A stretch of DNA of 64,000 nucleotides from Octopus vulgaris (GCA_951406725.2 OX597819.1:66402001-66466000); one strand, 5' to 3'; shown: positions 1-15,259, numbered from the stretch's first letter. Numbers and translations are program-made. Notes: generated by a model not told the origin, from the letters alone.

Positions 1-55
1 CTCTGGGTGAGACTTGGAGCCAAATTGTACAGACATAAAGCAAAAGTCAAACATA

Positions 56-100
<45 letters not shown>

Positions 101-117
101 TGATGATAATAATAATG

Positions 118-157
<40 letters not shown>
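1..157 (+). mobile_element. 3' end of R4/Dong-like retrotransposon followed by (TAA)n tract
   Basis: 1-57 (ctctgggtgagacttggagcc...) is the near reverse complement of 35152-35208; runs into (AAT)n. Confidence 0.65.
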
Positions 158-158
<1 letters not shown>

Positions 159-435
159 TTTGTGAAACTTTTCAATGATTCTCAATTTGGGGTATCTGGA
201 TGAATCGTACAACCACATGTGAACATAGAGTACATACGTCCTCACAAACATGGACACTGATGAAATGAAAACATGTTCTATTGAGATACCCAAGCCAAGA
301 AAAGTATGTTTATGTACATGAAACATAGAAATACAACACGCACCTATATATGCCTACGTCCACCAGTCCAGAGGCCCAGGAAGTAGCCAGACGAAAACAA
401 AAACGATTGCTACTTTGTTAGTGACCGGCTTGAAA

Positions 436-1241
436 TTTTCTAGTCTAGGCAGAAGGCCCGACATTTTTGATGAGGGGCCAGTCGATTAGATCGAACCCAG
501 TAGGTAACTGGTACTTAATTTATCGACTCCAAAAGGATGAAAGGCAAAGTCGACCTCGGTCGAATTTAAACTCAGAACGTAACGGCAGACGAAAGATCGC
601 TGAGCATTTCGCCCGGCGTTCTAATGTTTCTTTTCTACTCTAGGGAGAAGGCCCTAAATTTTGGGGGAATGGACTAGTCGATTAGATTGACCCCAGTACG
701 CAACTGGTAATTCATTTATTGACCCCGAAAGGATGAAAGGCAAAGTCGCCCTCGGCGGAATTTGAACTCAGAACGTAAAAACAGACGAAATACCGCTAAG
801 CATTTTGCCCGGCGTTCTGACGTTTCTCATTTCTTTATTGCCCAAAACGGGCTAAAATAGAGGGGACAAACAAGGAGAGACAAAGAGATTTAGTCGATTG
901 CATCGATCCTAGCGCGTAACTGGTTCTTAATTTATCGACCCCAAAAGGATGAAATGCAAAGTCGACCTCGACGGAATTTGAACTCAGAATGTAACTGCAC
1001 ACGAAATACCTATTTCTTTACAACCCACATGGGGCTAAACACAGAGAGGACAAACAAGGACAGACAAACGAATTAAGTCTATTACATCGAGCCCAGTGCG
1101 TAACTGGTACTTAATTTATCGACCCCGAAATGATGAAAGGCAAAGTCGACCTCGGCGGAATTTGAACTCACAACGTAACGGCAGACGAAATACTGCTAAG
1201 CATTTCGCTCGGCGTACTAAAGTTTCTGCCAGCTCGCCGCC
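436..1241 (-). mobile_element. Tandem tetramer of tRNA-derived SINE family 1
   Basis: Four units each with cgaccccgaaaggatgaaaggcaaagtcgacctcggcggaatttgaactc; complete head (ggcggcgagctggcagaa on minus) only at 1241; B-box GAGTTCAAATTCC. Confidence 0.85.
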
Positions 1242-1668
1242 TTGTGACAGGTTTGAATTCTGCGAACAGGAAAAGAAAATTAGAATATAGCGCAAAGAAA
1301 AATGCACCCACCCACAAACATGCACACACACACACGCACACACGCACATACACACGTACACACATGTCTGTGTGCATGTAAACATGCCTTCTGTTGTTTT
1401 TATTTATTTATGCAATATGGACAATCTAAAAACTGTGTTGGTGTTCCTTGGCAAGAGAACTTGGCAACAAAACTACCAACATTTCTCTGTTGTCTGAAAA
1501 ATACGTTATATGAAATACCGCTATTATATTTCTACATGCCAACAAATATGAACGCGTATACATGCATATACACACACACTTACACATACATCCACATATG
1601 CACACACTGACACAAAACACAGATATTTATATGCTTACATACCTAAACATATTTAGCTAGCTATATAT

Positions 1669-1701
<33 letters not shown>

Positions 1702-1712
1702 CTGTGTGCATG

Positions 1713-1772
<60 letters not shown>

Positions 1773-2067
1773 AGATGTATATGTATATATTAATGTACAG
1801 TGTACTGGTATACATACGAATAAATAATATTGAATAAAAAATAAAATGTAAAAATTAGACATGCATTCAGAAATAATGCACAGTTAAGTGTACAAATATA
1901 TTCATAAATAATAGGATAATACATATACATACACACGTGTGTGTATGTGTGTTGCCTGTGTGCACAAACGTGTGTATAAATGTACACATACAGATACACA
2001 CATTTAATATATTTGCAAACATACATATTGTGTATATGTTTGCCAAATATTTATATATATAAAGAAA

Positions 2068-2103
<36 letters not shown>

Positions 2104-3390
2104 ATTTATATAATACATATGATAATACATTTATACTGAAATACAATTAAACTTATAGTACATACTTACAAATGTAATAAATACGCATATATTTATAAGC
2201 AAACGTACATGCCTACATTAATTCTTAAACGAAGCTAAAATTCTATGAATAACAATTATTTGAATAAGAAAAGATTCCAAATTTGTGCGTTCTTTTATAA
2301 GATTTTATAAGATTAAATTCTGAACATAAGACGTTAATGAACAATTGAAAATTTGCCTATTTATTCCTGAGGTACGGTATGTATTTAAGTCTCCGTCCCA
2401 ACGGACATTCTTACAAGCGAATATATATAAAACCATGTTTAATGTTCACGCCATTGTATTTGGAAGTTTTCTCAGGTGTGTACTTGAAATATATTAATCG
2501 TTTAAGTTTCAAACATTATTTCTTAACGAACGGAACAAAACACAAAGGAAAGCTTTACAATGTAGCAGCCTGACCTAAATACTATGAAATGTTAGTAAAA
2601 GGAAAAAGAAGAGAAAGAAAACATTACAGATTTCTTGCAGGTATGTGTGTTTTGTATTATATACATTTAGATCTATAGAACATAGCAGTTGTGATACGTC
2701 GCTCTAACTAAGAATATTGCACACAGGTACTTGTGCGTTTTTGGTAGATTCCATTTAAACATTATACTCAAGATATGAATGTTCCAAAGTCAGTTAAAGT
2801 TTCGAGAACTTTTCGGCGTCACGTTCTAAAAAATGTTGAACATGGCATTTTTTTTTTCTTTTTGACCTTGACTTGCTTAGGTGGGTGATATCAATCAGCG
2901 TGTATCATCGTCAAACAAAGGCCATCTCGAAAGAAAGATAGTCAACAGTTAAGTGGGCTAGTCAGTAGATATGGGTGAAGAGCGACGTTAAAACCTGGTT
3001 AGAATAGTGGTGTATAGGCATGAGGCAGTTATCTGCAGAACTCCTCAGTTCATATGGTGCTAATGATCCGGAATCAAGGACATAAGGTAAAATACCAGTC
3101 AGTCGATTCGGTTACCTGTGCATTCATATAATTAAGGTGCGAACGATGAGCTATAAAGCTGCCGTGCAGAAGGTCTCGAGATGGTTTAGTCTCTCCTGAT
3201 GACCCATAAAAGCTTTTAGAACCCAGAATGTCACACTTTCGATTGACAGCACTTGCACAAGGAAGTGATATTCATATTCTTAAACAAGAGAATATAGGAA
3301 AAATTGTATTTTACATAATCATAGTTAAAAACCCTTAAAGTAACCTCTAGCACATGATTATTTTCATAAGACATTTCATAAAATATTCAG

Positions 3391-3575
3391 AAGGCAGCGA
3401 GCTGGCAGAATCATTAGCATACCGGGAAACTACAAAGCAGAATTTCATCCGTCTTCACGATCTGAGTTCAAATTCTCCTGTCGTTTATCTTTTAGGGTTT
3501 GATAAAATAAGCACCGTTGTAGTGGAGCCCATGTATCCGACTAGCCTCTCCCCACAGGCTACAGTAGAAAGAATA
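3391..3575 (+). mobile_element. SINE family 1, degenerate
   Basis: ggcagcgagctggcagaatcattagc...gagttcaaattc...gataaaataagcacc. Confidence 0.7.
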
Positions 3576-3858
3576 TTTCAATGTATATCCGTGTAACCTT
3601 TCGTAGAATTATTCACGAGTTCCTTACTTAATTTACTATTTTTTAAAATATTATTTTGCTGTTAATAAAAATTATTTAGTTAAAATTCTTGTATCTCTTT
3701 ATAAATAATTTCTATATGCAATGGTGGTCATATCAATGAAAATATTATACCTGGTTTGGCTTTGTGTTCTGTGTTATGATGGGCTGCAGATGTTCCTTGC
3801 TGAAAAATGCCTGTGACAAAAGTCGTGTCTGCTGTAACATTTTTTGTCACGCTACGAA

Positions 3859-4170
3859 GGCGCATGGCTTATTGACTAGGGTATTCGGCTCACGATCACA
3901 AAGTCGTGGGTTCGATTCCCAACACAGCACTGTGTCCTTCAACAACACATTTCACGTCGCTCTAGTGCACTTAAGTTGCAAATGTGGGTAGTACCTGTAT
4001 TTGAAGGGGCCAGTCTTGTCACATTCTGTGTCACGCTGACTCTCTCAAGGTCTACATCAAGGGCACACGTGTCTGTCAAGTGCCCAGCTACTTGCACGTT
4101 CATTTCACGACCAAATTGTTCCGCTGATCGGATGAACTGGAATTCTCTTCATTCTAACCGACAGAATGTC
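3859..4170 (+). mobile_element. tRNA-derived SINE (head A + tail X)
   Basis: Head ggcgcatggct...gggttcgattccc; 3' half shared with 15260-15612 and 52815-53185. Confidence 0.75.
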
Positions 4171-4305
4171 AGTTGTGTCACGCAGTTTACAACTTTATTT
4201 TATATAAAGTTCTATATTTCAGAGACGAGGAATTCTGTGCATTATTTTACATTATTTACATTATTTATATTTGACGGATATTTGTCCTCATCTTCTTTGT
4301 TGTCT

Positions 4306-4349
4306 ATACAACGTTTTCGCTGCTGTACTCTCCAGCCTTCATCAGGTGT
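4306..4349 (-). ncRNA. Minimal hammerhead ribozyme motif (degenerate)
   Basis: ACAC-CUGAUGA-A-GGCUG..CAGC-GAAAAC-GUU-GUAU. Confidence 0.6.
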
Positions 4350-4399
4350 CCTTGGGAGAATTTCGAACCTGGGTTTTCATTCCTAAGGTATTTTTCCGA

Positions 4400-4720
4400 T
4401 GGTTAGAGCGTCGAGCACACGATCCTGAGGTTGGGAGTTCGATTCCCGAACCAGGCTGCATGTTGTGTTCTTAAGCAAGACACTTCCTTTCACGTTGCTT
4501 CAGTTCGCTCAGCTGTAGAAATGAGTTGCAATCTCACTGGTGCCAAGCTGTATCGGTCTTAGCCTTTCCGTTGGATAACATCGGTGGCGTGGAGAGGAGA
4601 GGCTGGCTGGTATGCAGGGGTGACTACTGGTCTTCCATAAACAACCTTGTCCGGACTTGTGCCTCGGAGGTTAACTTTGCAGGTGCAATTCCATGGTTAT
4701 CCATGACTGAACAGGGTCAC
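4400..4720 (+). mobile_element. tRNA-derived SINE family 3 (head A + tail Y), 5'-truncated
   Basis: Colinear with 27769-28107. Confidence 0.8.
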
Positions 4721-4886
4721 GATTATTGTTATTATTTCTCAGGCCATTGCCTTGGAATCGAACTCGGAATCTTAAGGTTAGCAGCCCGCGCTCTTAACCA
4801 CTACGCCTTATGCCCGTTTTATATTATTATAAAACTTCGCCATAATTAAGTGGATTGTCAAATTGCTGTTTCACATTGAGAAGGGT

Positions 4887-5192
4887 GTGGAGGCACATGG
4901 CCTAGTGTTTAGAGCAGCGGACTCGCAGTCGAGAGATCGCGGGTTCGAATCTCAGAGCGAGTGATGTGTGTGTTTATGAGCAAAGCACCTAAGTTCCACG
5001 CGGCTCCGCAGAAGGTGATGGCGAACTTCTGCTGACTCTTTCACAACGACGTTATCCCACTATTTCCACCTGCATCTTGCAGCTCTCCTGCGACGGACTG
5101 GCGTCCCGTCCAGGTGGGGAACCTATACACCAAGGAAACCGGGAAACCGGCCCTAATGAGCCAGGCGTGGCTCGGGAAGGAACAAACAACAA
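4887..5192 (+). mobile_element. tRNA-derived SINE (head B) with V-domain-like 3' part
   Basis: A-box tggcctagtg, B-box gggttcgaatctc; cctgcgacggactggcgtcccgtccagg resembles the V-SINE domain. Confidence 0.7.
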
Positions 5193-5946
5193 TTGAGGTT
5201 TTTTTTTTTATCTCTGGCGTATATATAATAAATTCTACTCTATGACTGTTACCTTCCTGTTGGATGGAATTTCTGTGTTTCATACTTACCTATCTTATGT
5301 GTATGCTTGTATTTCCTGCTTTTCGGTTATCTGAATAACCTTCTCATGAACTAAGTTGTAAATAGGTGATAATTCCACAGAAACATATAGTCGTAAGAAG
5401 CAGAATCAGCGTGTTACAGTGTGTGGAAAGGCCGAATTTTTGCAATTACACATACAATCCAGGCGACCGGTCTCTATTCAGTTTCCACGAACCCTATTTC
5501 ACTCATCGAGCTAAGGCAACAAAAATGGTGCTTGCCTTATATGCCACACAAACAAAGTAGGAAGATATACAATTGAATAAATGGAAGGGAGCTGGGAGAT
5601 CTAGACTCGTAAAGATATCTTTGCTGTTCAAGCTCAGTCTTGAAAGTTATTGAGTCTGTCTATATTCAAAGGAATTCCAGTCATCAATCTACCAATTTTG
5701 AGGTAATATTCTTTTTATATATATAATACACATATTTTAGCAATCAGAGTGTGATTTGAGGCAGATTTGGCTGACATTTTTTAACATGTCCAAGACGACT
5801 GCAATAATTTTTAATCCGTCAATAGATCACTCTTCCAATTAATCGATGAATGAATGCTTGAATCTATGTATGTATGTATGTATGTATGTATGTATGTATC
5901 TATCTATCTATCTATTAATTTCTGCCTGTCTCTTGTTCTCTCTTTC

Positions 5947-6030
<84 letters not shown>

Positions 6031-6897
6031 TATATATACACATATACATGTATATAAACTCATACACACACATCTATCTATCTATCTATATATATATATA
6101 TATATCTTCTTATCTATATATTCATTCATCCATCTCTCTACGTTTCTAAGTATGAATATATGCGTGTATTGACATATCTAGCTATCTCTACATAAAGAGG
6201 GAGCTAGCTAGCTAGCTAGATAGATAGATATGTGTGAGTGCATTATTGCTTGCCTACGCATGCACGTTCGACTCTGTGTATATTACATACCTACGTACAC
6301 ATACACATTAATACACATACTTAGTTAACATACATGCCTACACACATTTACATACACATGCATAGAATGCTAAGTAATTGCTATTTATTCGAATGAGTTG
6401 CTTGCCAATTACGAGCCTAGAGAATAATCTTGGCATCGTTTAGATGCCTTATACACATTATGCAAAACCGGCATGAGAATTTAAATGAAGCATGCGAGAA
6501 ATCTTAAAACACTGAGGTTGCCAATAATTTTGTGGTTTTGTTTTTTTTTTATTGCTTCTATCCTCTGTAAAATCGTTAACACTGCAACTACGGGGAGACC
6601 CTGGCACAAAGGAGAAAATAAGAGGCTCACTGGAGTGGGAGGGGAGAGAAACGATTGTGTGCGTGTGGTAATGGTGAGGTGGTTGTTGTGTGTGTATGTG
6701 TGTGTGTGTGTGTACGTGAACGTGCGTGTGTGTGGGTGTGCGTGTGTGAGTGAGTGTGTGCTAAAGACAGAGAAAGGAACATAGACAATAACAGAAGAAT
6801 AAATTTCTTCATATGTGTATATATATATATATATACATGTGTGTGTGCTTATGTGCGTGTGTGTATACACACACACATATATATATATACGTATATG

Positions 6898-6977
<80 letters not shown>

Positions 6978-7722
6978 CATATAAAGAAGGAAAGATGATA
7001 ATGGGAAAGCAGGTGAGATATATAATAGAATAATTCTGTATATTTACATACCGACATTCATATAGTAACATTTGGTTTCATGTCAAGCTATATTAAAGCA
7101 GTTTAGGGTGACGATGAACCACTATTCAACAATTTTCTTTTTTTTTTTTGCATTTTCTGTGTTTACAAAAGATGAACACACACACACGCGTGTACATAGA
7201 CACACACACACACATACACACACACACAGACACACACACATATATATACATCGTTGGTATTATGCAAACGTGTCGTAAGACCAAAACGTTTCTTTTTCAG
7301 AAAATGAATAAATGGTTCCACTATTCCGTAGCAAAACCGTCCTACAACACTGACAATTTTTGATATCTTCGCATCTAAAGCAACTGGAGATATCATAGTT
7401 TGACAAAAAAAAAAACGGCTATTGCAAGCAAAATTGAATATTAAAAAACAACTCACTTGGTCAAATTTAGACATACGACACTTTAACATAATAGCTAACG
7501 ATATATATTCTTGAGACACTCGAAGGTTTATCAAGACTATTTTCGAAGGAAGTTTTCGTATTGTCTTTTTTAGCTGTTCATATCTCTTCTGAAAAATAAA
7601 TATTTTGAAAGTTGTAAAATGCGTTAGCACTTAGCACAAATCTTCTTCTTAAAAGCTTCATATCATTCTGTTATAAAGATTCTTGTATAATTAATAGTTT
7701 TGAATTTAAATAAAACCCTTCT

Positions 7723-8440
<718 letters not shown>

Positions 8441-8770
8441 GTATGTAGATATATATGAATAAGCGTGTGTGTGTTCGTATGTGTGTATGTATATGTATAT
8501 ATATATATATATGTATATATATATAGAGAGAGAGAGAGATAGATAGATAGGAAGATAGATAGATTAATGGAGTTAAACGCAGGTGTTATTCAAATATTTA
8601 AAGATTTGAATAACATTACACCAAAACCCGGAATTTCAACCTTCATAGGTAGGCTATTACGTCCTTGATACTTATGTGGATTTTTACAACCCTGGTAGGT
8701 ATTTATTTATTTTTTCCGCGTTATTTGCAAACATTGAAAAAATAAACACACACGCACACACACACACACA

Positions 8771-8834
<64 letters not shown>

Positions 8835-8972
8835 CATACATACATGTAGAACAATTCAAATATTTTGAGAAGTCCAAAAAGAGAGAAAGAATGATTTCTA
8901 ATAGAAATTCATCGTATTAATAAAAAAAGTTGCCAGAGCAAGTAATAAGAATATGAAAATAGTTGTTGAAAC

Positions 8973-9156
8973 ATTTCGTTATAGGTATAAATATACCATA
9001 AACAATTACAGAAAAATGGAGGAGAAAAAAGATGTTGCATCAAAATTAGATTTAATACAAAATAGGATTTTCTATTAAATCTAATTTTGATGCAACATCA
9101 TTTTCTTCTCCACTTTTCTATAATTGTTTATGGTATACTTGTACCTATAACGAAAT
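8973..9156. repeat. Inverted repeat with ~85-bp arms
   Basis: atttcgttataggta...gatgttgcatcaaaattagatttaata / tattaaatctaattttgatgcaacatc...tacctataacgaaat. Confidence 0.9.
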
Positions 9157-9160
9157 TTTT

Positions 9161-9640
<480 letters not shown>

Positions 9641-9887
9641 ACAGATAGATAATGTTTTCGAATGTCCGAGCAGCTAAATGTGATGCATATGCATTCACCT
9701 GTGCGTGTACTTCATCGTGTGTTAGAAACAGCCGTAAGTAAATTCATTAATCAATTCTTGTTCCCTTGTCATTTCTTTAATTTCATTTTGCACTTTACAC
9801 TCGACGAATGCCTCATTCTGAATCATATCATATTTATACTGAATTCTAAGGATATAGATGAGCGAAATCGTATCCATTTATGTGTGT

Positions 9888-9967
<80 letters not shown>

Positions 9968-10696
9968 TTGGCGCGTTGTGTCGTTCAACATTGCATAACC
10001 TTTGGTCCAGTATTTTTTGCTAAAATTCTACTCATTGATTGCTAGTGCAGGTTTCTGTTATTCTAACTATGAGATTTTAATGTGCCACTGGCTGTAGTTT
10101 GGGTAATTGTAGAATGTGTCTAAACATTCTGTCTACACTCGTCTATATAGGTCTCTAAACAAAAAGTGAAATCATGATAGAAACTACTAATATTGCCTCC
10201 TTCTGCTACTAGGTAACCAATAATATCTCTCTCGTGGTCGAGTGATCTGTGACGAAACCGGGTACACCATCGGTTCCGTCAGGTTCCAAGAATATTGAGG
10301 TCGTTGCAGAATTAAACAAAACATTTCACAGTATAGAAAAGTTTCTTGTTTACAAACTTACATGCATTGTGCAGCTGAGATGGCTAACTTTCATGAAAAG
10401 TAACTGAACTTCCACATCAAAGCTTGACTCTAGAAAAGACTCAATGCCGTGTGATCGTATGTTGCCCTGCTTCTCAGGGTATCCAAGCGATGAGATAATC
10501 GGAATTCAGGAACGGAGAAGAGTTATGGCTTCCTTAAGGTTTGTTGGCTGGCTGGAGGTGATGACTACGCGAGGTGATGAATGAGAAATGTAAGCTTTTT
10601 GGGTTGCGAGAAGAAGTAACAGCCAACATTCGCAAAGAATTAACAGAAGATTTAATTGCCCTCAGAGTTTATCATCTGTTTACCTTTTATATGTAA

Positions 10697-10892
10697 TGGT
10701 TTCAGAATTTGACACAAGGTCAGGTACATCGCGGGAGGAGGTAAAACGATTATATCAACACCCAGTACTCAACTGGTACTTATTTTATCGATCCCGAAAG
10801 GATAACAGGTAAAGTCGACCAACGGCGGAATTTGAACTCAGAACATAAAGACAGACGAAATGCCGGAACGCATTTCGCCCGGTGTGCTAACA
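10697..10892 (-). mobile_element. SINE family 1
   Basis: ctggtacttattttatcgatcccgaaaggata...gcggaatttgaactcag. Confidence 0.75.
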
Positions 10893-10901
10893 ACAATAAT
10901 T

Positions 10902-10948
<47 letters not shown>

Positions 10949-10951
10949 TTA

Positions 10952-10993
<42 letters not shown>

Positions 10994-11880
10994 ATTTACA
11001 CTCATATATATAATATATATATACACACACATATATATATACGTATATATATATACACACATATGTATGTATGTATATACATACATGCATACATACATAC
11101 ATACATACATACATGCATACCTGTGTGTGTATAATCAAAGCTCCTCGTAACTTCTCAATTCCTCATCAACGATGGTAAATTTAAATATAGTAATTAAAAA
11201 TTTATTTGCTGTTGGCTTGCAGTCTTATTTCGCTGAGACGAGCAAATAATGATGCTATGCCAAACATTTCTCATTTTTCATGATATCTTAGCTGTTTTTT
11301 TTGTTTATCGGAAACTTAACAAACGAGATTGAAATTTCAACATGATCGACTGCCGAAGTATGATTGAAAGTGGTAGTTGTTAATCAACTTCTATTCTACG
11401 GTGTACCCTATTTTCCTGCAAGGTATAGACACACATACTCATACATATGCACACATACACATGCACCACATACATGAACACATAAAGTATAAATATACAT
11501 ACATACATATATATGTATAATTTTCTAACGAAACACATAGATAGCATACGCGTGCTCAAGTCGAAACTGAGGAATTAGATAAGGAAACCCGATAGAATAG
11601 AAAAAGTTCAAATAAGGAAGACTAAGATCAACACATACATATAGGGGCTTATTTAAAATAAATTTAAGAATTGTCGGAACTGAAGCATACCTTGTTATAT
11701 TAGAGATATAAATAAATATATAGAAATATAAACATATGTGAATTTAAAAATATACATAGAGGACTAGGTATATATAGATATATAAAAATACTAATAATGG
11801 AATATAGATAAAAATAATAATAGAACATAGAGGAAAAATGTTTTTTTAAAAACATTATATACATAAATATGTAAATATGC

Positions 11881-11931
<51 letters not shown>

Positions 11932-13313
11932 GTTATATATATATGCATATATACATATATATATACGTATATATTTTTTTTATCTAGTTTCAGCTCACAA
12001 GCTGTGGCCATGCTGGGGCACCGCCATATATATATATATATATGTAAATATGCATGTATAAACACACACATATATGTATATGCATGCTTGTCAATATCTA
12101 TAAAGCTGAAATGCGAAAAAGTTGTTTGATTTCTTGGTTGTCTGTCTCATTTGGGGATGGGAACGGTTTAAAGGGCGGTAGATTTAGAGGGACGTGTAAA
12201 AAGAGGCGAGGAATCGACTGGACTAGGTTAGAAATCCCCCATCTCAAAAGCTGTGGTTACTCGGGCAACAAAACACAGACTTTGACACGTGTCTGTCGTT
12301 TCTCACTTTCAGATATCACTCTGTCTTCCTCCATCTCTCTCTTTCCTTCCTTCCCTCCAATTTCTCTCCATAACGACGTTTGACAGCTTCCACTCTCATT
12401 CAAGACGAACAAAAGAAGAAAGGGAAAAGGAGACAACACGCACAAAACAACACCACCACCAAAACCTGAGCGATGTACGGGTCAAAATAGCTAGTCCGTT
12501 TTTAATTATTGAAATGCTAACTGGAGGGAAGGAGCTGATCTCGAACACCACATATAAGATGCATATAATTCTCCGTCGATGGAATGTAGATAAGTAAAAC
12601 GGTGCAATTTGAGAAAAATGTTACTTATTTTTTCTATTCCGCTTACAGATTTTACTTGTAAAGTGCATGTTTGCTGATTCATTGTTCCCAAAACTCTTGA
12701 TGTTCCAGAATGTCACTTGGGCATATTTTAACAGCAGTTATTTTTAGTATAAATTTGAATTTGTCATCTAGGCATAGAAGCTGAAGCTTTTGAGGGAATT
12801 ACTTGTGGTTTTTCTCTTTCACACCGATTATCTAAGATATATATTGCCATATGTGTGTAATTATGCATTATTTATGCATTTCATTTCTCACATACCCTTT
12901 CCCATATATCCCTCTTCCCTCTCTCTCTTTCTGTATCACACACACACACACTCCTATATATGTATGTGTGTAATAAAGTATATCTCCTTCATTGGTTTGT
13001 AATGTTTAAGGAGATGATCTCGAAAATGCATATGCCGTAGGGAAGCCGAACTAAATCAGATACGCCGAGAAAGTCGAAGACTTTAAACATATCCTTAATT
13101 TAGAATTATTTCTGCTAATTTTCATCAAGAATGAAAATAAAACACATAGTTTAGCAAATCGATAAATTATCTCTAAGCGCTAAATAAGTTATTCTAAAAT
13201 ATAGTTCACCTACAGAAACTGTCTGATTAAGATAGCATCCACGATTTCAACAACAGAGAAATATTTGTGTCCTAATTAGATGGAAAAGATGGACTTCTAG
13301 TTGATGGATTTAT

Positions 13314-13579
13314 CTATTTCTTTATTGCCCGCAGGGGGATAAACATAGAAGGGAGAAACAAGTAAAAAGGGATTAAGTCGATTACATCGAGCCCAGTGCG
13401 TAACTGGTAATTATTTATTTATTTAATCGATCCCGAAAGGATGAAAGGCAAAGTCAACCTCGGCGGAATTTGAACTCAGAAAGTAGCGGCAGACGAAATA
13501 CCCATTTCTTCACTAAACACAAACAAATACGGCTACGCATTTCGCCCGGCGTGCTTGCGATTCTGCCAGCTCGCCGCCT
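13314..13579 (-). mobile_element. SINE family 1
   Basis: Full unit ending ctgccagctcgccgcc. Confidence 0.8.
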
Positions 13580-13602
13580 TTGGATACACACACACATGCA
13601 CG

Positions 13603-13699
<97 letters not shown>

Positions 13700-14028
13700 C
13701 ATGTGAATGTTATCTTTAGATGCCGATTTAAAATATATGCATTTATTTGAGTTGTATAATTTAATACGGGTTACCTTTTCTATGTTTGTTTTTGTTTTTT
13801 TTTTGTGCTGTTTTTGGTATCTTTCTTGCTTCAATAAATGGATAACGGTCTCGCTGGGAAATCGTCTTGAAAGGCTTAATCGAAAAATGGACACAAGTTT
13901 TGAAGCGTGGGTGAACAAGTTCGATGACAAAGACACACACACACGTATACACATACACATATACGTACATAAAATTATGCATAAGCACTCATGCTCACAA
14001 TCACCGACACACACACACACACATTATA

Positions 14029-14230
14029 CGAGGGGAAGCTGAAAAGTTCCTGGCTTTGGGTAACAGAAAATATAGGCGGATCAGTTAATTATGATTTTAT
14101 TCAACGTAAATCGCCAATCAGGTTCACGCACTTAATGCAGCGGTCTATCAGCTTCTCTTAGCCCTGTAATAGTACTCGGAATATTGGGCTTCCAAACATA
14201 CTCTTTAAGCCAGGAACTTTTCAGTTCCCT
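14029..14230. mobile_element. Mariner-derived MITE (~200 bp)
   Basis: TIRs aggggaagctgaaaagttcctggctt / aagccaggaacttttcagttccct, TA at left; interior reads like a mariner C-terminus on minus (KLIDRCIKCVNL). Confidence 0.7.
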
Positions 14231-15259
14231 ATATATATATATATATATATATATGACTTCATATCCAGCCGGAGGTTGGTAAACTTGTTTCTCAGCTGAA
14301 GAGAAAAATATGGCTGGAGAGGAGTTGCCTACCACTAAGTATATACAAGAAAAGATGGAAGAAATTGGGATACATGTTGAAAGTGGATGTATTCTCTTAT
14401 AGAAGAAGATAAAGTTTCTGAAATGGTCCAGTGGTGGATTGTGGCCTGTGTGGTTATAGCCTCCGTCACTTCATATTTACCATTCGTTAAATTATATATC
14501 ATACATTTTTAACTATTTCATCATTCGTTCGGCTAATCACCCCAGTCCTTGCTTGTCCCCTCTGTGTTAGTCCCTTATGGACAAATAAACATCTATACTG
14601 TCAACACCGGAATGATGAAAGGCACAGCTACCGTCGGCGGAATTAGAATATGAAGAGTAAGTAGAAATGCCAATAAGCAATTTTCTCCACCGAGCTAACG
14701 ATTCTGCCAGTTTGTTGTCTTCAACAAGGGCATATGTAATAAAGATATGATATATCTTAACTATTTAACCTCAATAAAACACTTCGGTTGTCCCTAAAAA
14801 TCTCCTGTAAAGAAATTAATTATTAAAAAAATGGAAGGAAATATTTGATTAAACAGTCCTATTTTCTATTCAAAATATTTTATAGTCACGACTGGAAATC
14901 GTTTGATTATAAACATGTTCGATCACATTTGACCCTTGGCTAAAAAGCAACAACAGTTATTTCAGTTTTAATAAAACAGGTGAGACATACATATTGTAAT
15001 GGATAATATGTCGGTTATTTCGATAATATTCCAAGATGATCTACCTAGCTATTAGTCACAGGTAGGTAAAACGAAACTATGTGGGAAAATGTGTTCAAGA
15101 TAGAAACCCGAGAAGACATCAAAAGATAAACTGAAAATCATACTAAAGAGGACATGGAGCTTTGTATCTCTGTTAGAAACCATCTCCTTCCTCACAGAAC
15201 GAATTAAAATAGATAGGAACATAAGAAAACTTACGTATACACCTAATATAAATAAATCG

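Larger units (their letters stand above)
4205..4818 (-). mobile_element. tRNA-headed SINE carrying a hammerhead motif, interrupted by another SINE
   Basis: Minus strand: A-box ggcgtagtgg and B-box gagttcgattcc at 4750-4816; tail 4205-4400 homologous to 29775-29920. Confidence 0.75.

Noticed and set aside
2850-3300. Possible RTE LINE remnant
   Set aside because: Too decayed to read diagnostic motifs
10245-10680. Possible solo LTR
   Set aside because: No second copy, clear terminus or TSD identified
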